24,522 nt of DNA, from assembly GCA_018238625.1 (NCBI GenBank), contig JABCSY010000059.1:1-24522 (forward strand), written 5' to 3'. This document shows, piece after piece, positions 9,169-19,096 of this stretch (its first letter is position 1; each line of letters begins with the position of its first letter). The notes under the pieces are model-generated. The model was not told where the DNA came from. It worked only from the letters and a program-made list of their open reading frames with translations, and ran no database searches. The position numbers were made by a program, and so were the translations under genes. The stretch is from Promethearchaeota archaeon (lineage in GTDB: Archaea; Asgardarchaeota; Lokiarchaeia; Sigyniarchaeales; SOKP01).

Positions 9169-10302
9169 ATGAACGCGCGAGAAAGAATGTTAAGAGCGTT
9201 AAACCACGAAGAAGTCGATCGTATACCTCTTTTCTGTCAAGAAATAATGCCTGACTTTAGAAAAGAACTATTAAAATATTGGGGCGCTGAATTTAAAAGG
9301 GTTAGAAAATACTTTTATTATTACCTAGATTTCAATTTTCATAAAAAATTAGGGTTTGATTGTTCCTGGGGTTTTGAGGGTTTTCCAGTTCAGTTACCTC
9401 AGAGTTATTTGAACGAACATCCAGTTCCTAAGCCAGAAGACCCTAAAAAATACATTGATATCGATGGCAGACTTTTTCTAAAAAAGCCACCGACGGGCTC
9501 AGAGCTCTCTTGGTATTTGAAAAATTACATCACTACTGAAGAAATGGCAGACTTTTTTTACGATACTTACTACGATGTTGAATGGGAAGAAGCCCCCGAT
9601 TTTGCTTCTAAAATCAATAAAAGGCTTAAAAGATTCCCAATAGACGAAATTGTTCCTTGTGCTCAATTAAGCTACATATTAGAACCAATTTGGGAAGGAA
9701 TTGGCCTAGGATTGCTGATAAAATTAATTAGAAAAAACAAAAGTAAGATAAAAAGATATATTGAATTGAGAACGAAAAAAGCGGTGCAAGCAGCAAAAAT
9801 GTTGGCTGAAACAGATTTTGATATCTTCTTTCTATGTGATGACTCTGCCCTGAAGAATACTACTATGATAAATCCTAAATACCATCGAGAACTCATAATT
9901 CCCGCATATAAGAAAATCGTTCATGAGGTAAAAAAGGCAGGAAAATATGCGATCTTTCACTCGGATGGATTTACTGAACCGTATTTTGATGGGCTAATCG
10001 AAGCAGGTTTTGACGGCGTAGAGTCTCTGGAGCCGATGGCAGGTATGGATTTGAAGTATGTGAAGGAAAAATATGGTGATAAACTATGTTTGGTTGGAAA
10101 TATTGATGTTTCTCAACTTTTACCCTATGGCACGGAAGAAGACGTCGTAAACGCTGTGAAAAAGTGCATTCGGGACGCTGGCGAAGGTGGGGGTTATATT
10201 ATGAGCCCTTGTACAGACATAACGAATTCTTGTAAGTTGGAAAATGTTTTAACGATGATCTCTGCTACAAAGAAATACGGGGAATATCCTTTAAAGTTAT
10301 AG
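9169..10302 (+). CDS. URO-D/MtaA-CmuA superfamily protein (methylcobamide methyltransferase-like), HxD...C type
   Basis: MNARERMLRALNHEEVDRIP, CDDSA, FHSDG, LEPMAGMD, LVGNID and GGGYIMSPC. Confidence 0.85.
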   Translation: MNARERMLRALNHEEVDRIPLFCQEIMPDFRKELLKYWGAEFKRVRKYFYYYLDFNFHKKLGFDCSWGFEGFPVQLPQSYLNEHPVPKPEDPKKYIDIDGRLFLKKPPTGSELSWYLKNYITTEEMADFFYDTYYDVEWEEAPDFASKINKRLKRFPIDEIVPCAQLSYILEPIWEGIGLGLLIKLIRKNKSKIKRYIELRTKKAVQAAKMLAETDFDIFFLCDDSALKNTTMINPKYHRELIIPAYKKIVHEVKKAGKYAIFHSDGFTEPYFDGLIEAGFDGVESLEPMAGMDLKYVKEKYGDKLCLVGNIDVSQLLPYGTEEDVVNAVKKCIRDAGEGGGYIMSPCTDITNSCKLENVLTMISATKKYGEYPLKL

Positions 10303-10358
10303 AATGAGTTTTTAAAAAATAAAGTTTGATTAAAAATAAAAATAAAAAAAAGAATTTT
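10303..10358. terminator. A/T-run tract between convergent genes, probable bidirectional archaeal terminator
   Basis: T runs occur on both strands between the convergent stop codons at 10302 and 10359. Confidence 0.35.
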
Positions 10359-11804
10359 TTAAAAGCCAAGTTCAAGTAGCTTAGCTTTGTTTTCGAACAC
10401 TTTTTCTTGAGTGAGGGGATAGAATTTCCAAAAGATCAAAGTACCTACTAAAAGGACCAACATGGGGATAATCCCTAGAAGAATTCGAATTCCCAATAGA
10501 ATCATATCTACCTCAGCAAGTGTATGAGTTGCAACTAAAGTTGCATAATCCGGAATTCCTGCTTCAAATCCAGTAAGAGTGAATACCAAGGTTATTAACG
10601 CTTCGTCAATAAAAGCCGTTACGAGGCTTAATACTGCCCACGTACCAACAAGTATACCTTTCTGGTTCTTCCCAGTACGCACAACGAAATCATCTTGTGC
10701 GTTCGAAAACAATACTGGCATCCCAATAGTCCACACACATCCATTTCCGAACCCCACAAAAAACATGATAATCATCAAATCAATTTCTGTTTGGAAAAAA
10801 GCGAGTGGTACAATAAGGCCACATAATATAAAGCTTCCGATAACATATAATTTCTTATTGTTATTCATTTTTTTAAGAAGTTTGAGCCATACTGGAATAG
10901 AAATTAATGATCCCATGAGAAATAGTGCGAAATATATGATCATTACATCTGGATCATTAGATTGTAGAAGAAAGGTTGTTAAATATGCAACCATTCCTGT
11001 CATTATTGTTGTAGCCGAAAGCCAGAGAATGTACGAAGTATAGAGAGCCATAAAACTTTTCTGTTTGATAACTAACCATACACCTTTAAATACATGCAGT
11101 CGTTCATATTCTCTTGAGTAATATCGATCAATAATGATCTTATCCTCCCGAGCTCCAGGGATAAATAACACGCCAAAAATAATCGCTATTAAAGCTATAA
11201 TTGCTGCCATAACGGTGTATGATAATGTTGTGCTTCCAAAAAACAGAAGAAGTGGTGGAAGCATCATTCCAAGGACCTGTGCGATCATGTCAAAGAAACC
11301 CCACGATCCGGCATACTTCCTTCTTTCTGTTTCGGTGCGAAATTTATCAGCACGAAGTATAGCTACATGGATATCTACAAGCGTAATAAATAAATCAAAC
11401 ACGAACAGGGACATCAAAAGCCAAAGCATAACTGGCAAAGGATTTGCTGGATCGAGTTCTGGAGCAGAAAATATCATGATTAAAGATAGAGACTGTGGAA
11501 TAAATCCGATTACTATCCACGGAAAGCGCCTACCCCATTTTCTTGTCCACTTAAAATTTCGATCGGTTAGCCACCCAATTAAAGGGTCGTTAAGACCAGC
11601 CCACACTGTATTTATAGCAACAACAGTCAAGATCCACCCCGGCTCAAGACCAACTACTGTGTGATAATAAAAAAACATGAAGAGGCTCATTGTTGCCGTA
11701 GGAATCGTCCAGAGAATATTGTACATCCCAAAAGATAGATAAGTCATAAAAGAATGTCTTGAAGTTTCATTTCTAGTTTCAATTTGAGTTTCATTTTCAA
11801 CCAT
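10359..11804 (-). CDS. GPH-family (MFS_2) sugar:cation symporter, tandem copy 2
   Basis: LNDPLIGWLTDR, WGRRFPW, RTGKNQKG and FYPL...ENKAKLLELGF; the ATG at 11804 is preceded by GGTGA. Confidence 0.9.
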   Translation of the reverse strand: MVENETQIETRNETSRHSFMTYLSFGMYNILWTIPTATMSLFMFFYYHTVVGLEPGWILTVVAINTVWAGLNDPLIGWLTDRNFKWTRKWGRRFPWIVIGFIPQSLSLIMIFSAPELDPANPLPVMLWLLMSLFVFDLFITLVDIHVAILRADKFRTETERRKYAGSWGFFDMIAQVLGMMLPPLLLFFGSTTLSYTVMAAIIALIAIIFGVLFIPGAREDKIIIDRYYSREYERLHVFKGVWLVIKQKSFMALYTSYILWLSATTIMTGMVAYLTTFLLQSNDPDVMIIYFALFLMGSLISIPVWLKLLKKMNNNKKLYVIGSFILCGLIVPLAFFQTEIDLMIIMFFVGFGNGCVWTIGMPVLFSNAQDDFVVRTGKNQKGILVGTWAVLSLVTAFIDEALITLVFTLTGFEAGIPDYATLVATHTLAEVDMILLGIRILLGIIPMLVLLVGTLIFWKFYPLTQEKVFENKAKLLELGF

Positions 11805-12061
11805 AAAAATCACCAATTTTAGATTTTTAGATATTTTTAATATGTAAATTTTTTATATAAAATTTTAATTATTACTAATCAATTTTACTTATTTTAAAGA
11901 TTTCTAATTTTATATTGAATATTTATGCTAAAAATGACAATAAGAATAAATTTGACACATTAGATATAAAAAATTAGTTTAGACTATCCCTAAATAATCA
12001 TTTTCGTATAATTCTTACAAAAACAAATGATTCTTAGATTATAAAAAAAAAAGAGGATTAT

Positions 12062-13486
12062 TTAAAAGCCAAGTTCCTCGAGTTTTGCTTTATTTTCAGC
12101 TACTTTTTCTGGATCAAGGGGATAGAATTTCCAAAAAATTAATACGCCTAATAAAAGAACGCACATAGGTATAATTCCTATTAGAAATCGAAGTCCCCAT
12201 TGTATCAGCTCAACATTTGCTCCGCTGGCTATTAAATCTTCTAGAGTTGAAATTCCCGCTGGAAACATCGTTATTGCAAATACAATTGTAATAAATAATT
12301 CGTCAAAGAAAGCCATGAATCTGCTAATCAGTGCCCATGTCCCCAATATCATACCTTTCTGGTTCTTTCCTGTTCGTACAACGTAATCGTCTTGTACATC
12401 AGATAACACCACTGGTATACCTAATGTCCAAATGCATCCCATTGCTAAACCAGCAATGAAAAAGAAAAGCATAAAATCGACTAAAGTAACGAAGAAAGAC
12501 AAGGGAATTAAAGCTGCGCATAATAGAAAACCCCCAATTGTATATACCTTTTTAGTATTATTAACTTTCTTAAGGTATTTATGCCATATGAAAACAGAAA
12601 TCATAGCTCCTATTAGAAAAGATGCCATTAACATTATAAATATATCTTCTCCACCGTTGAAAATGAAAGTCACCAAATATAAACCCATTGCTGTCATTAG
12701 AGTTGTTGCTATGCCAAAGGTAGTGTATGAAGCGTAAAATACCATAAAGCTTTTCTGTTTAACTACTTCTTTCATTCCTTTAAAAAATCCCATCCTTTCG
12801 TATTCTTTTGAATAATAGCGATCAATAATGGTTTTATCCTCTCGGACACCTGGTAAGAATAAAATGGCACAAATTATTGCGATAACAACAATAAATGCCG
12901 CCATAAGGGCATATGAGGCTCGATCGTTACCAAAGAGAAAAAGCGGAGGGATCATCGTACCAATAGCTACAGCAATCATATCTATAGGTCCAAAGAATTT
13001 AGAATATCTTTTACGTTGAGCATCAGAGCGAAATTTATCCGCGCGAAGAGTTCCAACATTTACATCCAGTATAGTAACAAAAGTGTCAAATATGAAAAAG
13101 GACATTATTAGCCAACCAAAAACGGGCCAAGGATTTATCGCAGGATCAACATTAGGTGGAGTGTAAATAAGGTAAAAAGAAAGGCACCATGGAATAATAC
13201 TAACTACCACCCATGGAAAACGTCTACCCCACTTTCGGGTCCACTTGAAGTTCCTGTCGACTAAAAAACCGATTAAAGGTTCGTTGATTGAATCCCATAC
13301 CATAAAAATAGCCATAGCAAGAAATATTAGAACGGGCTCGAGCCCGACCACTGTATGATAGAAGAAAAAGTAGGTCATATTTAAAGCAGAAACAATAATT
13401 GTCCACACGATTTGGTACATACTAAATGATAGTATATTTAAACCGGAGTATCTCGTTTCTTTTAATTCTACATCTGTTTGATTCAT
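12062..13486 (-). CDS. GPH-family (MFS_2) sugar:cation symporter, tandem copy 1
   Basis: WDSINEPLIGFLVDR, WGRRFPW, RTGKNQKG and FYPL...ENKAKLEELGF; a clear paralogue of 10359-11804. Confidence 0.9.
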   Translation of the reverse strand: MNQTDVELKETRYSGLNILSFSMYQIVWTIIVSALNMTYFFFYHTVVGLEPVLIFLAMAIFMVWDSINEPLIGFLVDRNFKWTRKWGRRFPWVVVSIIPWCLSFYLIYTPPNVDPAINPWPVFGWLIMSFFIFDTFVTILDVNVGTLRADKFRSDAQRKRYSKFFGPIDMIAVAIGTMIPPLFLFGNDRASYALMAAFIVVIAIICAILFLPGVREDKTIIDRYYSKEYERMGFFKGMKEVVKQKSFMVFYASYTTFGIATTLMTAMGLYLVTFIFNGGEDIFIMLMASFLIGAMISVFIWHKYLKKVNNTKKVYTIGGFLLCAALIPLSFFVTLVDFMLFFFIAGLAMGCIWTLGIPVVLSDVQDDYVVRTGKNQKGMILGTWALISRFMAFFDELFITIVFAITMFPAGISTLEDLIASGANVELIQWGLRFLIGIIPMCVLLLGVLIFWKFYPLDPEKVAENKAKLEELGF

Positions 13487-13639
13487 TTATTATACATCTC
13501 TGTAAATCTTTCTATTAAAATTAAAGATTAAATAATTTTAATCTAAGTTGTATTTATAGGTTTATCTTTTAACCTAAAATACTTTTAAAATATTGAAATA
13601 TATAATTTACAACAAAATTAACAATAATAGCGATTCTTA

Positions 13640-15781
13640 ATGAGTGGAACTCGTCATACTATATCAAATCAATATTGGGAATTGGAAATTCAAAATAATA
13701 ATAGAAATGGGTTTATTTATAAGTTAATTAGCAAAGATAATGACAAAATCTACGCAGATCAGGATTATCATTATAGTATTTTAACTTCTGGAAAAAGAGG
13801 TTCTCGGTATGCGTATTTATCTCATTTAGGGGAGGAATACAAAGCAAAAAAATTGCAGACAAGAACTATACACTTGATCGATGATAATACGCTCGTGATT
13901 AAAGGAACGTTTCAAAACACGAACATTGAAATCGAACATAAGATTGAGTTAGAACCTAATAATAAATGGTTGAACGAATATATCACACTAATCAATCACG
14001 GGAATAAAAGAGTTAAATTCGGGTTGATTAATTTTGGATTTAAGAAGGCGCTATTCAAGCAACATCAAGGTTGGATCGATCATTTAGATGAATATACACT
14101 GACTTCAATCCCCACTCGAAGGTTTTTGGGGTATGGAGAGGATAGAAGAAAGGAAAAGTTCAGCGCTAATGACATATTATTTGGGGCATGGGTCGCTAAA
14201 GAAGCAGAAATGCCAGGATATTGTGCCGAAGGGTGGCTCTGGGGGCCGGATGACGGTGGATTACTCATATGTAAATATAATCCTTCACAAATAGAACATT
14301 CAAGGTTTAACCGAATCTCAACCACATTACCGGGAAGAGGTGTTGAAGATGTATTCATCCTCTTTGGCGGAGTCTCTCTATACGGTGGTAATCCCGAATT
14401 GGCAACTACCTTAGAACCCCATCAAAGTTATACTTTTGGCGTTTCGAGATATGCTGTTTATGAGGGCGATTATCGGGAGGGGTATTACCTATATAGAAGT
14501 CACCTTGAGGAAAAGGGTCATAAATATAAAAAAGATTATAATCCACCAGTCCATTGGAACGAATTATATAATTTAGGTTGGGCAGCAGAAAAAGTCGGAT
14601 TCTTCGTGGATAAGGCAGAATTTGAAGTCTATACATTAGAACAGCTCTACAATGAAGCAGAGATTGCTCGAGATATTGGAGCTGAATGTCTTTATTTGGA
14701 TCCTGGCTGGAATATTGCTCTTGGTTCTGAAATTTGGAACGAACAAAGATTCGGTACTCTAAAAGAGTTTTCAAAAACCATCCATGAAACATACGGATTA
14801 AAGCTTGCGTTGCATCTCATGATGAATTTTGAGGGGGAAAATGAACCAGATGAATTTTATCTCAGATCTCGAAAAGGAGTAAAGCTTGTTGCAGATCCGT
14901 ACATGAATCTTTTTAGTTTGTGTGCTAATGAACATTGGTTGAAGGAAAAATCCCGAAGACTATTAGAATTAGCCAAGGAAGGAATAGATTTTTTCATGTT
15001 TGATTTTACTGATTTTTCAACATTCATGGCAGACAATCTCGGATGTTTCAGTAAAGAACATGGGCATGAAGTTCCGATGAGAAGACAAACTCACGCTGAA
15101 AACATATTAAAGGTAATTCAAAGCGTTAAAAAAGAATATCCACACATACTCATCGAAGCACATGACAGGGGAGTAAAGCCTCGACATCCACTCTATTATC
15201 AACAAAACCTTCCATACAGTTTCGATGAGAACTGGGGGTTTGAATGCATGTGGAATCCAATGCAAGACATTTTATCTGGAAGGTCGACTCAATTGTTTGA
15301 ATATAACTTAGCTTATTTAATTCCTCTGTATCTACATATTAACGAAAATAGCGACAATGAAAACATGCTACAATTCTGGTGGTATGCCTCTTTAGTAAGG
15401 CATTTAGGGATTGGGGGTCTAAAAGATAAAGATACTCCAAAATACAAAGCTTTAAAACAAGCAATGGTACTATATAAAAAAATTAAGCCAATATTAGCTA
15501 GAGGGACATTTTATGGAATTAAGAACAATATTCACCTCCATGTGGATGAAACTGACAAGTCAGGAGTTATTACTGCCTATAATTTAAGTAGTCGAGTTCA
15601 AATGATAGAAATTCAATTTGATCCTATAAAATATGGTCTGGAAGTTAACACTGTAGAAATTTATAATGGGATAAATCAAAAGATTTCTACTATAAATTTA
15701 ACTCAGAATTCAAGCAATATTTATCGATTTAATGTAGAAATCTCTCCTTTATCACCGATAATCGCAATTCTCAAAAAATAG
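13640..15781 (+). CDS. Divergent GH36-like (clan GH-D) glycoside hydrolase
   Basis: Beta-rich N-terminal region, then PVHWNE / YLDPGW / YGLKLALH / GIDFFMFDF / YPHILIEAH in the order of GH36 barrel motifs (PxxxNxW / LDDGW / GxxFGLW / IDYIKWD / FPxxxFExC), then a beta-rich C-terminal region. Confidence 0.6.
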   Translation: MSGTRHTISNQYWELEIQNNNRNGFIYKLISKDNDKIYADQDYHYSILTSGKRGSRYAYLSHLGEEYKAKKLQTRTIHLIDDNTLVIKGTFQNTNIEIEHKIELEPNNKWLNEYITLINHGNKRVKFGLINFGFKKALFKQHQGWIDHLDEYTLTSIPTRRFLGYGEDRRKEKFSANDILFGAWVAKEAEMPGYCAEGWLWGPDDGGLLICKYNPSQIEHSRFNRISTTLPGRGVEDVFILFGGVSLYGGNPELATTLEPHQSYTFGVSRYAVYEGDYREGYYLYRSHLEEKGHKYKKDYNPPVHWNELYNLGWAAEKVGFFVDKAEFEVYTLEQLYNEAEIARDIGAECLYLDPGWNIALGSEIWNEQRFGTLKEFSKTIHETYGLKLALHLMMNFEGENEPDEFYLRSRKGVKLVADPYMNLFSLCANEHWLKEKSRRLLELAKEGIDFFMFDFTDFSTFMADNLGCFSKEHGHEVPMRRQTHAENILKVIQSVKKEYPHILIEAHDRGVKPRHPLYYQQNLPYSFDENWGFECMWNPMQDILSGRSTQLFEYNLAYLIPLYLHINENSDNENMLQFWWYASLVRHLGIGGLKDKDTPKYKALKQAMVLYKKIKPILARGTFYGIKNNIHLHVDETDKSGVITAYNLSSRVQMIEIQFDPIKYGLEVNTVEIYNGINQKISTINLTQNSSNIYRFNVEISPLSPIIAILKK

Positions 15782-15810
15782 GGTTTTTAATTCTGTTTTA
15801 CTGATGTCTT

Positions 15811-16986
15811 TTAATTTAGATTTAACGGATATTTTCGATATTTTTCAATTGCATTTCTTAATACCACAATATTTTCCCAAGGAGCATTCAATATATTATG
15901 GGAGGGACCAACAAAATAACCACCATTATACCCCGCTGATTTCACGCAGCGTTTTACCTCCTGTACAATGTCGTCAGGTGTTCCAAAATTAAGAATTCGA
16001 CTTGAATCTATTCCTCCCATAAAACTTAATTTATCACCAAGATTTTGCTTTAGAGAAGCCAAATCGACACCTGCAGCAGGTTCAAGTGCTTGAATACAAT
16101 TAAGTCCCGCTTCTGCCATATAGGGTAAATTTTCATCAATATATCCACAAGAGTGCTGAACGATAAACATTCCTCTTTGCTCACAAGCTTTATACAGTTT
16201 TTTATAATAAGGAAGAATGAACTTTTTAAACTGTTCAATTGATAAAATTGAGCGCCCTTTATACCCTAAATCGTCTGAGTAGAAAATTATATCTACACCA
16301 GCTTCATGAACGCGCTTAATAACTTCTATGTTTAATTTAGTATACTCGTTGAGAACCTCGTGAATAAATGAGGGGTTTTTTCGCATATAATAGGCTACAC
16401 GGCTCATTGTCATCCCTTCAAATAAAGATTCATGAATAGCTACCGGTACGAACGCCATCGGATATAAATACTTTTTTAGAGAATCTACATACCCATCCCA
16501 AATTTGAGGTGTATAATTAAGCTTATCATTAACCTGCTCTGAAGGTTTTCCATATTTATCCCAATAATAGTGAACTATTTCCGGAGTTCGAAAATGTCCA
16601 TCTACATACCATAGATAAGCTAGACCCGTATCAACTTGTTTAACCAGTTTCCACACACATCCGTTAAGCGCACTGATCATGCAATCTGGATATTCTGGAG
16701 GAGCACGCTTTACAGGTTCTTTGTATTTTTTGGGACCCCATGGATCCATGGAATGGCAATCAACATTCCAGAATCGTAATTCAGTAATATCGCCTGCCCA
16801 ACAATATTTTGCCCTAGAGAAATCGTTTTCTATGATTGTCTTATACTTGTTATATTCATCAGTTTTCAGAAATCTTTGATAAGAACTAGTAGTAAATTCA
16901 AAACCCAGATAATGAACGGGTAGCATGTCAATATTATCATCGAGTTCTAAGGTCCTGATAACTCGTTCTCTTTTTGATAATGTCAT
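15811..16986 (-). CDS. URO-D/MtaA-CmuA superfamily protein, HxC...H type
   Basis: SKRERV, SDDLG, QHSCG, LEPAAGVD, FMGGID and GGYFVGPSHN. Confidence 0.85.
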   Translation of the reverse strand: MTLSKRERVIRTLELDDNIDMLPVHYLGFEFTTSSYQRFLKTDEYNKYKTIIENDFSRAKYCWAGDITELRFWNVDCHSMDPWGPKKYKEPVKRAPPEYPDCMISALNGCVWKLVKQVDTGLAYLWYVDGHFRTPEIVHYYWDKYGKPSEQVNDKLNYTPQIWDGYVDSLKKYLYPMAFVPVAIHESLFEGMTMSRVAYYMRKNPSFIHEVLNEYTKLNIEVIKRVHEAGVDIIFYSDDLGYKGRSILSIEQFKKFILPYYKKLYKACEQRGMFIVQHSCGYIDENLPYMAEAGLNCIQALEPAAGVDLASLKQNLGDKLSFMGGIDSSRILNFGTPDDIVQEVKRCVKSAGYNGGYFVGPSHNILNAPWENIVVLRNAIEKYRKYPLNLN

Positions 16987-17025
16987 GATAAAGGTTTCTG
17001 TTTAAATGGTAATGTAAAAAAGGAA

Positions 17026-18333
17026 TTAATCGTTTTCCCGTAATTTATTTTTTTCAGACTCATTTTCTATATCGTTTAGTTCCTCTTTTAATTCATTATA
17101 TAACGAGATAAAACTTGCTGCGGTACTTTCTGGAGTGCGAAATATTTCAGATTTGATGAAATCAAACTCTTCTTCGTCTTTGATAATTGTTTTAAGGTCC
17201 GTATCTAACGTTAAAGGGAGTTTTAATAATCTTTCAGTCAAAAGCAAAGGTTTTCTCTTGTGAGAAATTATTCTGGAAGGGAAATTGGAAAAGTACTTCT
17301 CAACTAATTCGTCAGCGCTTTCATACGCTCTCATATCTTTATTTCCTTCCTTCAGCATTTTTTCAAATTTATTTTCAAAATCACATGTAAAATTGGTTAC
17401 AGAATACCTGAGTAGCTTTGATGATTTTGATGTTATTAATCCAACGGTTATATTATCAGATTCGTGAAGAATTAGAATCCCATCTTTTAATTGGATGTCG
17501 AGTAAGCCTCCTATATTCATAATTTCTTCACTCATAAGTTGGATGGCATTAATAAATCCAGTGAAGATATTTTCACTTATTTCCGATTTAGACCAATCGT
17601 GATCAAATAACGGATATCCCTCGCGATCTTTCACCACAATCCTATAAACCGTAAAGGGTAAAATATAAAGCAATTTGGGTTCAATTATTACAGATAAAGC
17701 TGTTATTAGAAAACCAATCAATAAAGTAAAATCAGCTATTAGAATATAAAAAGTGTCAATTAAATTTAATAAGTAAAAAAACATTGTTACAACCGAGGCT
17801 AAGAATATTCCAATGAAGAATACACGAGCTTCTTTTTTAATCAAAAATGGAGCATTCTTAAGAGTTTTTATACCCCAATAAAACAAATAAATTTCACTTA
17901 TAATTGTAAGTATCATTCCAATATTGCCAAATAGACCCATCCAAGGTAGGCGTATATATCCTCCTTGCATCTGGATATCAACGGCATTTGGCTGAAAACC
18001 AAGATATATTAATAAAACGCTCAATCCTATTACTACTACAAATCCAAGTGAGTAAAAATCTTCTTTTATAATGTATGTTATCCCGATTACTAATGATAAG
18101 GTTAAAGGTATAAGGGTAAAACCAGTAATTATACTCAGAAACTTACTTATATAGAGGATAGCTAATCCATCTAGTAAAATGAAGATACTAGAACTAAAGA
18201 TTGCTAACCTAATGTAATTTAATGATGTAATCCTTTTAGTTTTTGGTTTAATGTAAGTTGTTATAGTTAAAATAAATCCACAAACAGCTACGATAAAATC
18301 TACAATAACTTCAGGTGTCAGATTCAATGTCAT
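17026..18333 (-). CDS. Seven-TM membrane protein with a C-terminal longin/roadblock-like cytoplasmic domain
   Basis: Seven hydrophobic segments in the first ~218 aa, followed by RIVVKDREGYPLFDHDW...IFTGFINAIQLMSEEI...IQLKDGILIL...VGLITSKSSKLLRYSVTNFTCDFENKF (beta-beta-alpha-beta-beta-beta-alpha-alpha pattern). AGGAGGT RBS in the 3' end of the upstream gene. Confidence 0.6.
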   Translation of the reverse strand: MTLNLTPEVIVDFIVAVCGFILTITTYIKPKTKRITSLNYIRLAIFSSSIFILLDGLAILYISKFLSIITGFTLIPLTLSLVIGITYIIKEDFYSLGFVVVIGLSVLLIYLGFQPNAVDIQMQGGYIRLPWMGLFGNIGMILTIISEIYLFYWGIKTLKNAPFLIKKEARVFFIGIFLASVVTMFFYLLNLIDTFYILIADFTLLIGFLITALSVIIEPKLLYILPFTVYRIVVKDREGYPLFDHDWSKSEISENIFTGFINAIQLMSEEIMNIGGLLDIQLKDGILILHESDNITVGLITSKSSKLLRYSVTNFTCDFENKFEKMLKEGNKDMRAYESADELVEKYFSNFPSRIISHKRKPLLLTERLLKLPLTLDTDLKTIIKDEEEFDFIKSEIFRTPESTAASFISLYNELKEELNDIENESEKNKLREND

Positions 18334-18340
18334 TTAATTT

Positions 18341-19096
18341 TTAACCTCCTTTCTCGTTATTGAAATTTAATTTTTTAATTTGGGGTTTATTTTGCGAAAG
18401 CGTCTTTATTATTGAGATTAGATCGTCTTTCTTTCTTGAATTAAGAACGAGAGAATTATTATCTCCATTTAATTTAATAATATTAAATTCGATAAGGTTA
18501 TTAATTCGATAGTAAATTGTCTCTCTTTTTTCGTTTACCAATTTATGGACTTCACTCCTTTTGAGTTTTTCATTGCTTATCAGTAAAGAGATAATTTTAA
18601 GGTATATCTCATCGCGTAAAATAAAATAAATCAAACCGATTTCGTCATCAATCTCATACGGAAGAAAGACAGTGTAATTTTTAATTTTAATCTTTTTAAT
18701 ATAATTAAATTTGATAAGCATTTCCAAATGCCATATTAACTGGCCAGAACTTCCCATGTTACCACTACTATCTGTTATGATTTGTTTTCTTATTGTTGAG
18801 AAATGGACTCCTAAATTGGAGGTCAAAAAACTATAAAGTTTAAACCTATACCTATTATTAAGAACATCATCTCTGGTGTATTTTGAGCCCTCAACTAACA
18901 CTTTTTTATTAATAAGTAATTGTATGATGTTTAGGAGCCCTTTTCGGGGAAGTTTTAACTGTCTTTTAGCAAGAGTATAAAGTAATTCTGTATCTAACAC
19001 TTTTTTATTATTTATTACCTCTTTTGCGATCTCTATAACTCTTTGTACGCTTGGATGATTCAGCGTTAGTGAAAGTGTTAGGTTTAAATTAGACAT
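18341..19096 (-). CDS. Multi-winged-helix transcriptional regulator
   Basis: Repeated wHTH-like units: RFKLYSFLTSNLGVHFSTIRK...GQLIWHLEMLIKFNYI and RSEVHKLVNEKRETIYYRINNLIEFNII. It ends 7 nt before the 7TM gene. Confidence 0.75.
   Translation of the reverse strand: MSNLNLTLSLTLNHPSVQRVIEIAKEVINNKKVLDTELLYTLAKRQLKLPRKGLLNIIQLLINKKVLVEGSKYTRDDVLNNRYRFKLYSFLTSNLGVHFSTIRKQIITDSSGNMGSSGQLIWHLEMLIKFNYIKKIKIKNYTVFLPYEIDDEIGLIYFILRDEIYLKIISLLISNEKLKRSEVHKLVNEKRETIYYRINNLIEFNIIKLNGDNNSLVLNSRKKDDLISIIKTLSQNKPQIKKLNFNNEKGG

Noticed and set aside
5150-9896. ORFs 5150-5353, 6218-6439, 7054-7254, 8464-8976 and 9672-9896
   Set aside because: All are antisense to well-supported genes and have the composition of shadow frames.
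10579-14792. ORFs 10579-11043, 11134-11664, 12432-12737, 12828-13019, 13224-13406, 14080-14358 and 14406-14792
   Set aside because: Shadows of the transporters and the GH36-like gene; the similarity between 11134 and 12828 only reflects paralogy of the sense genes.
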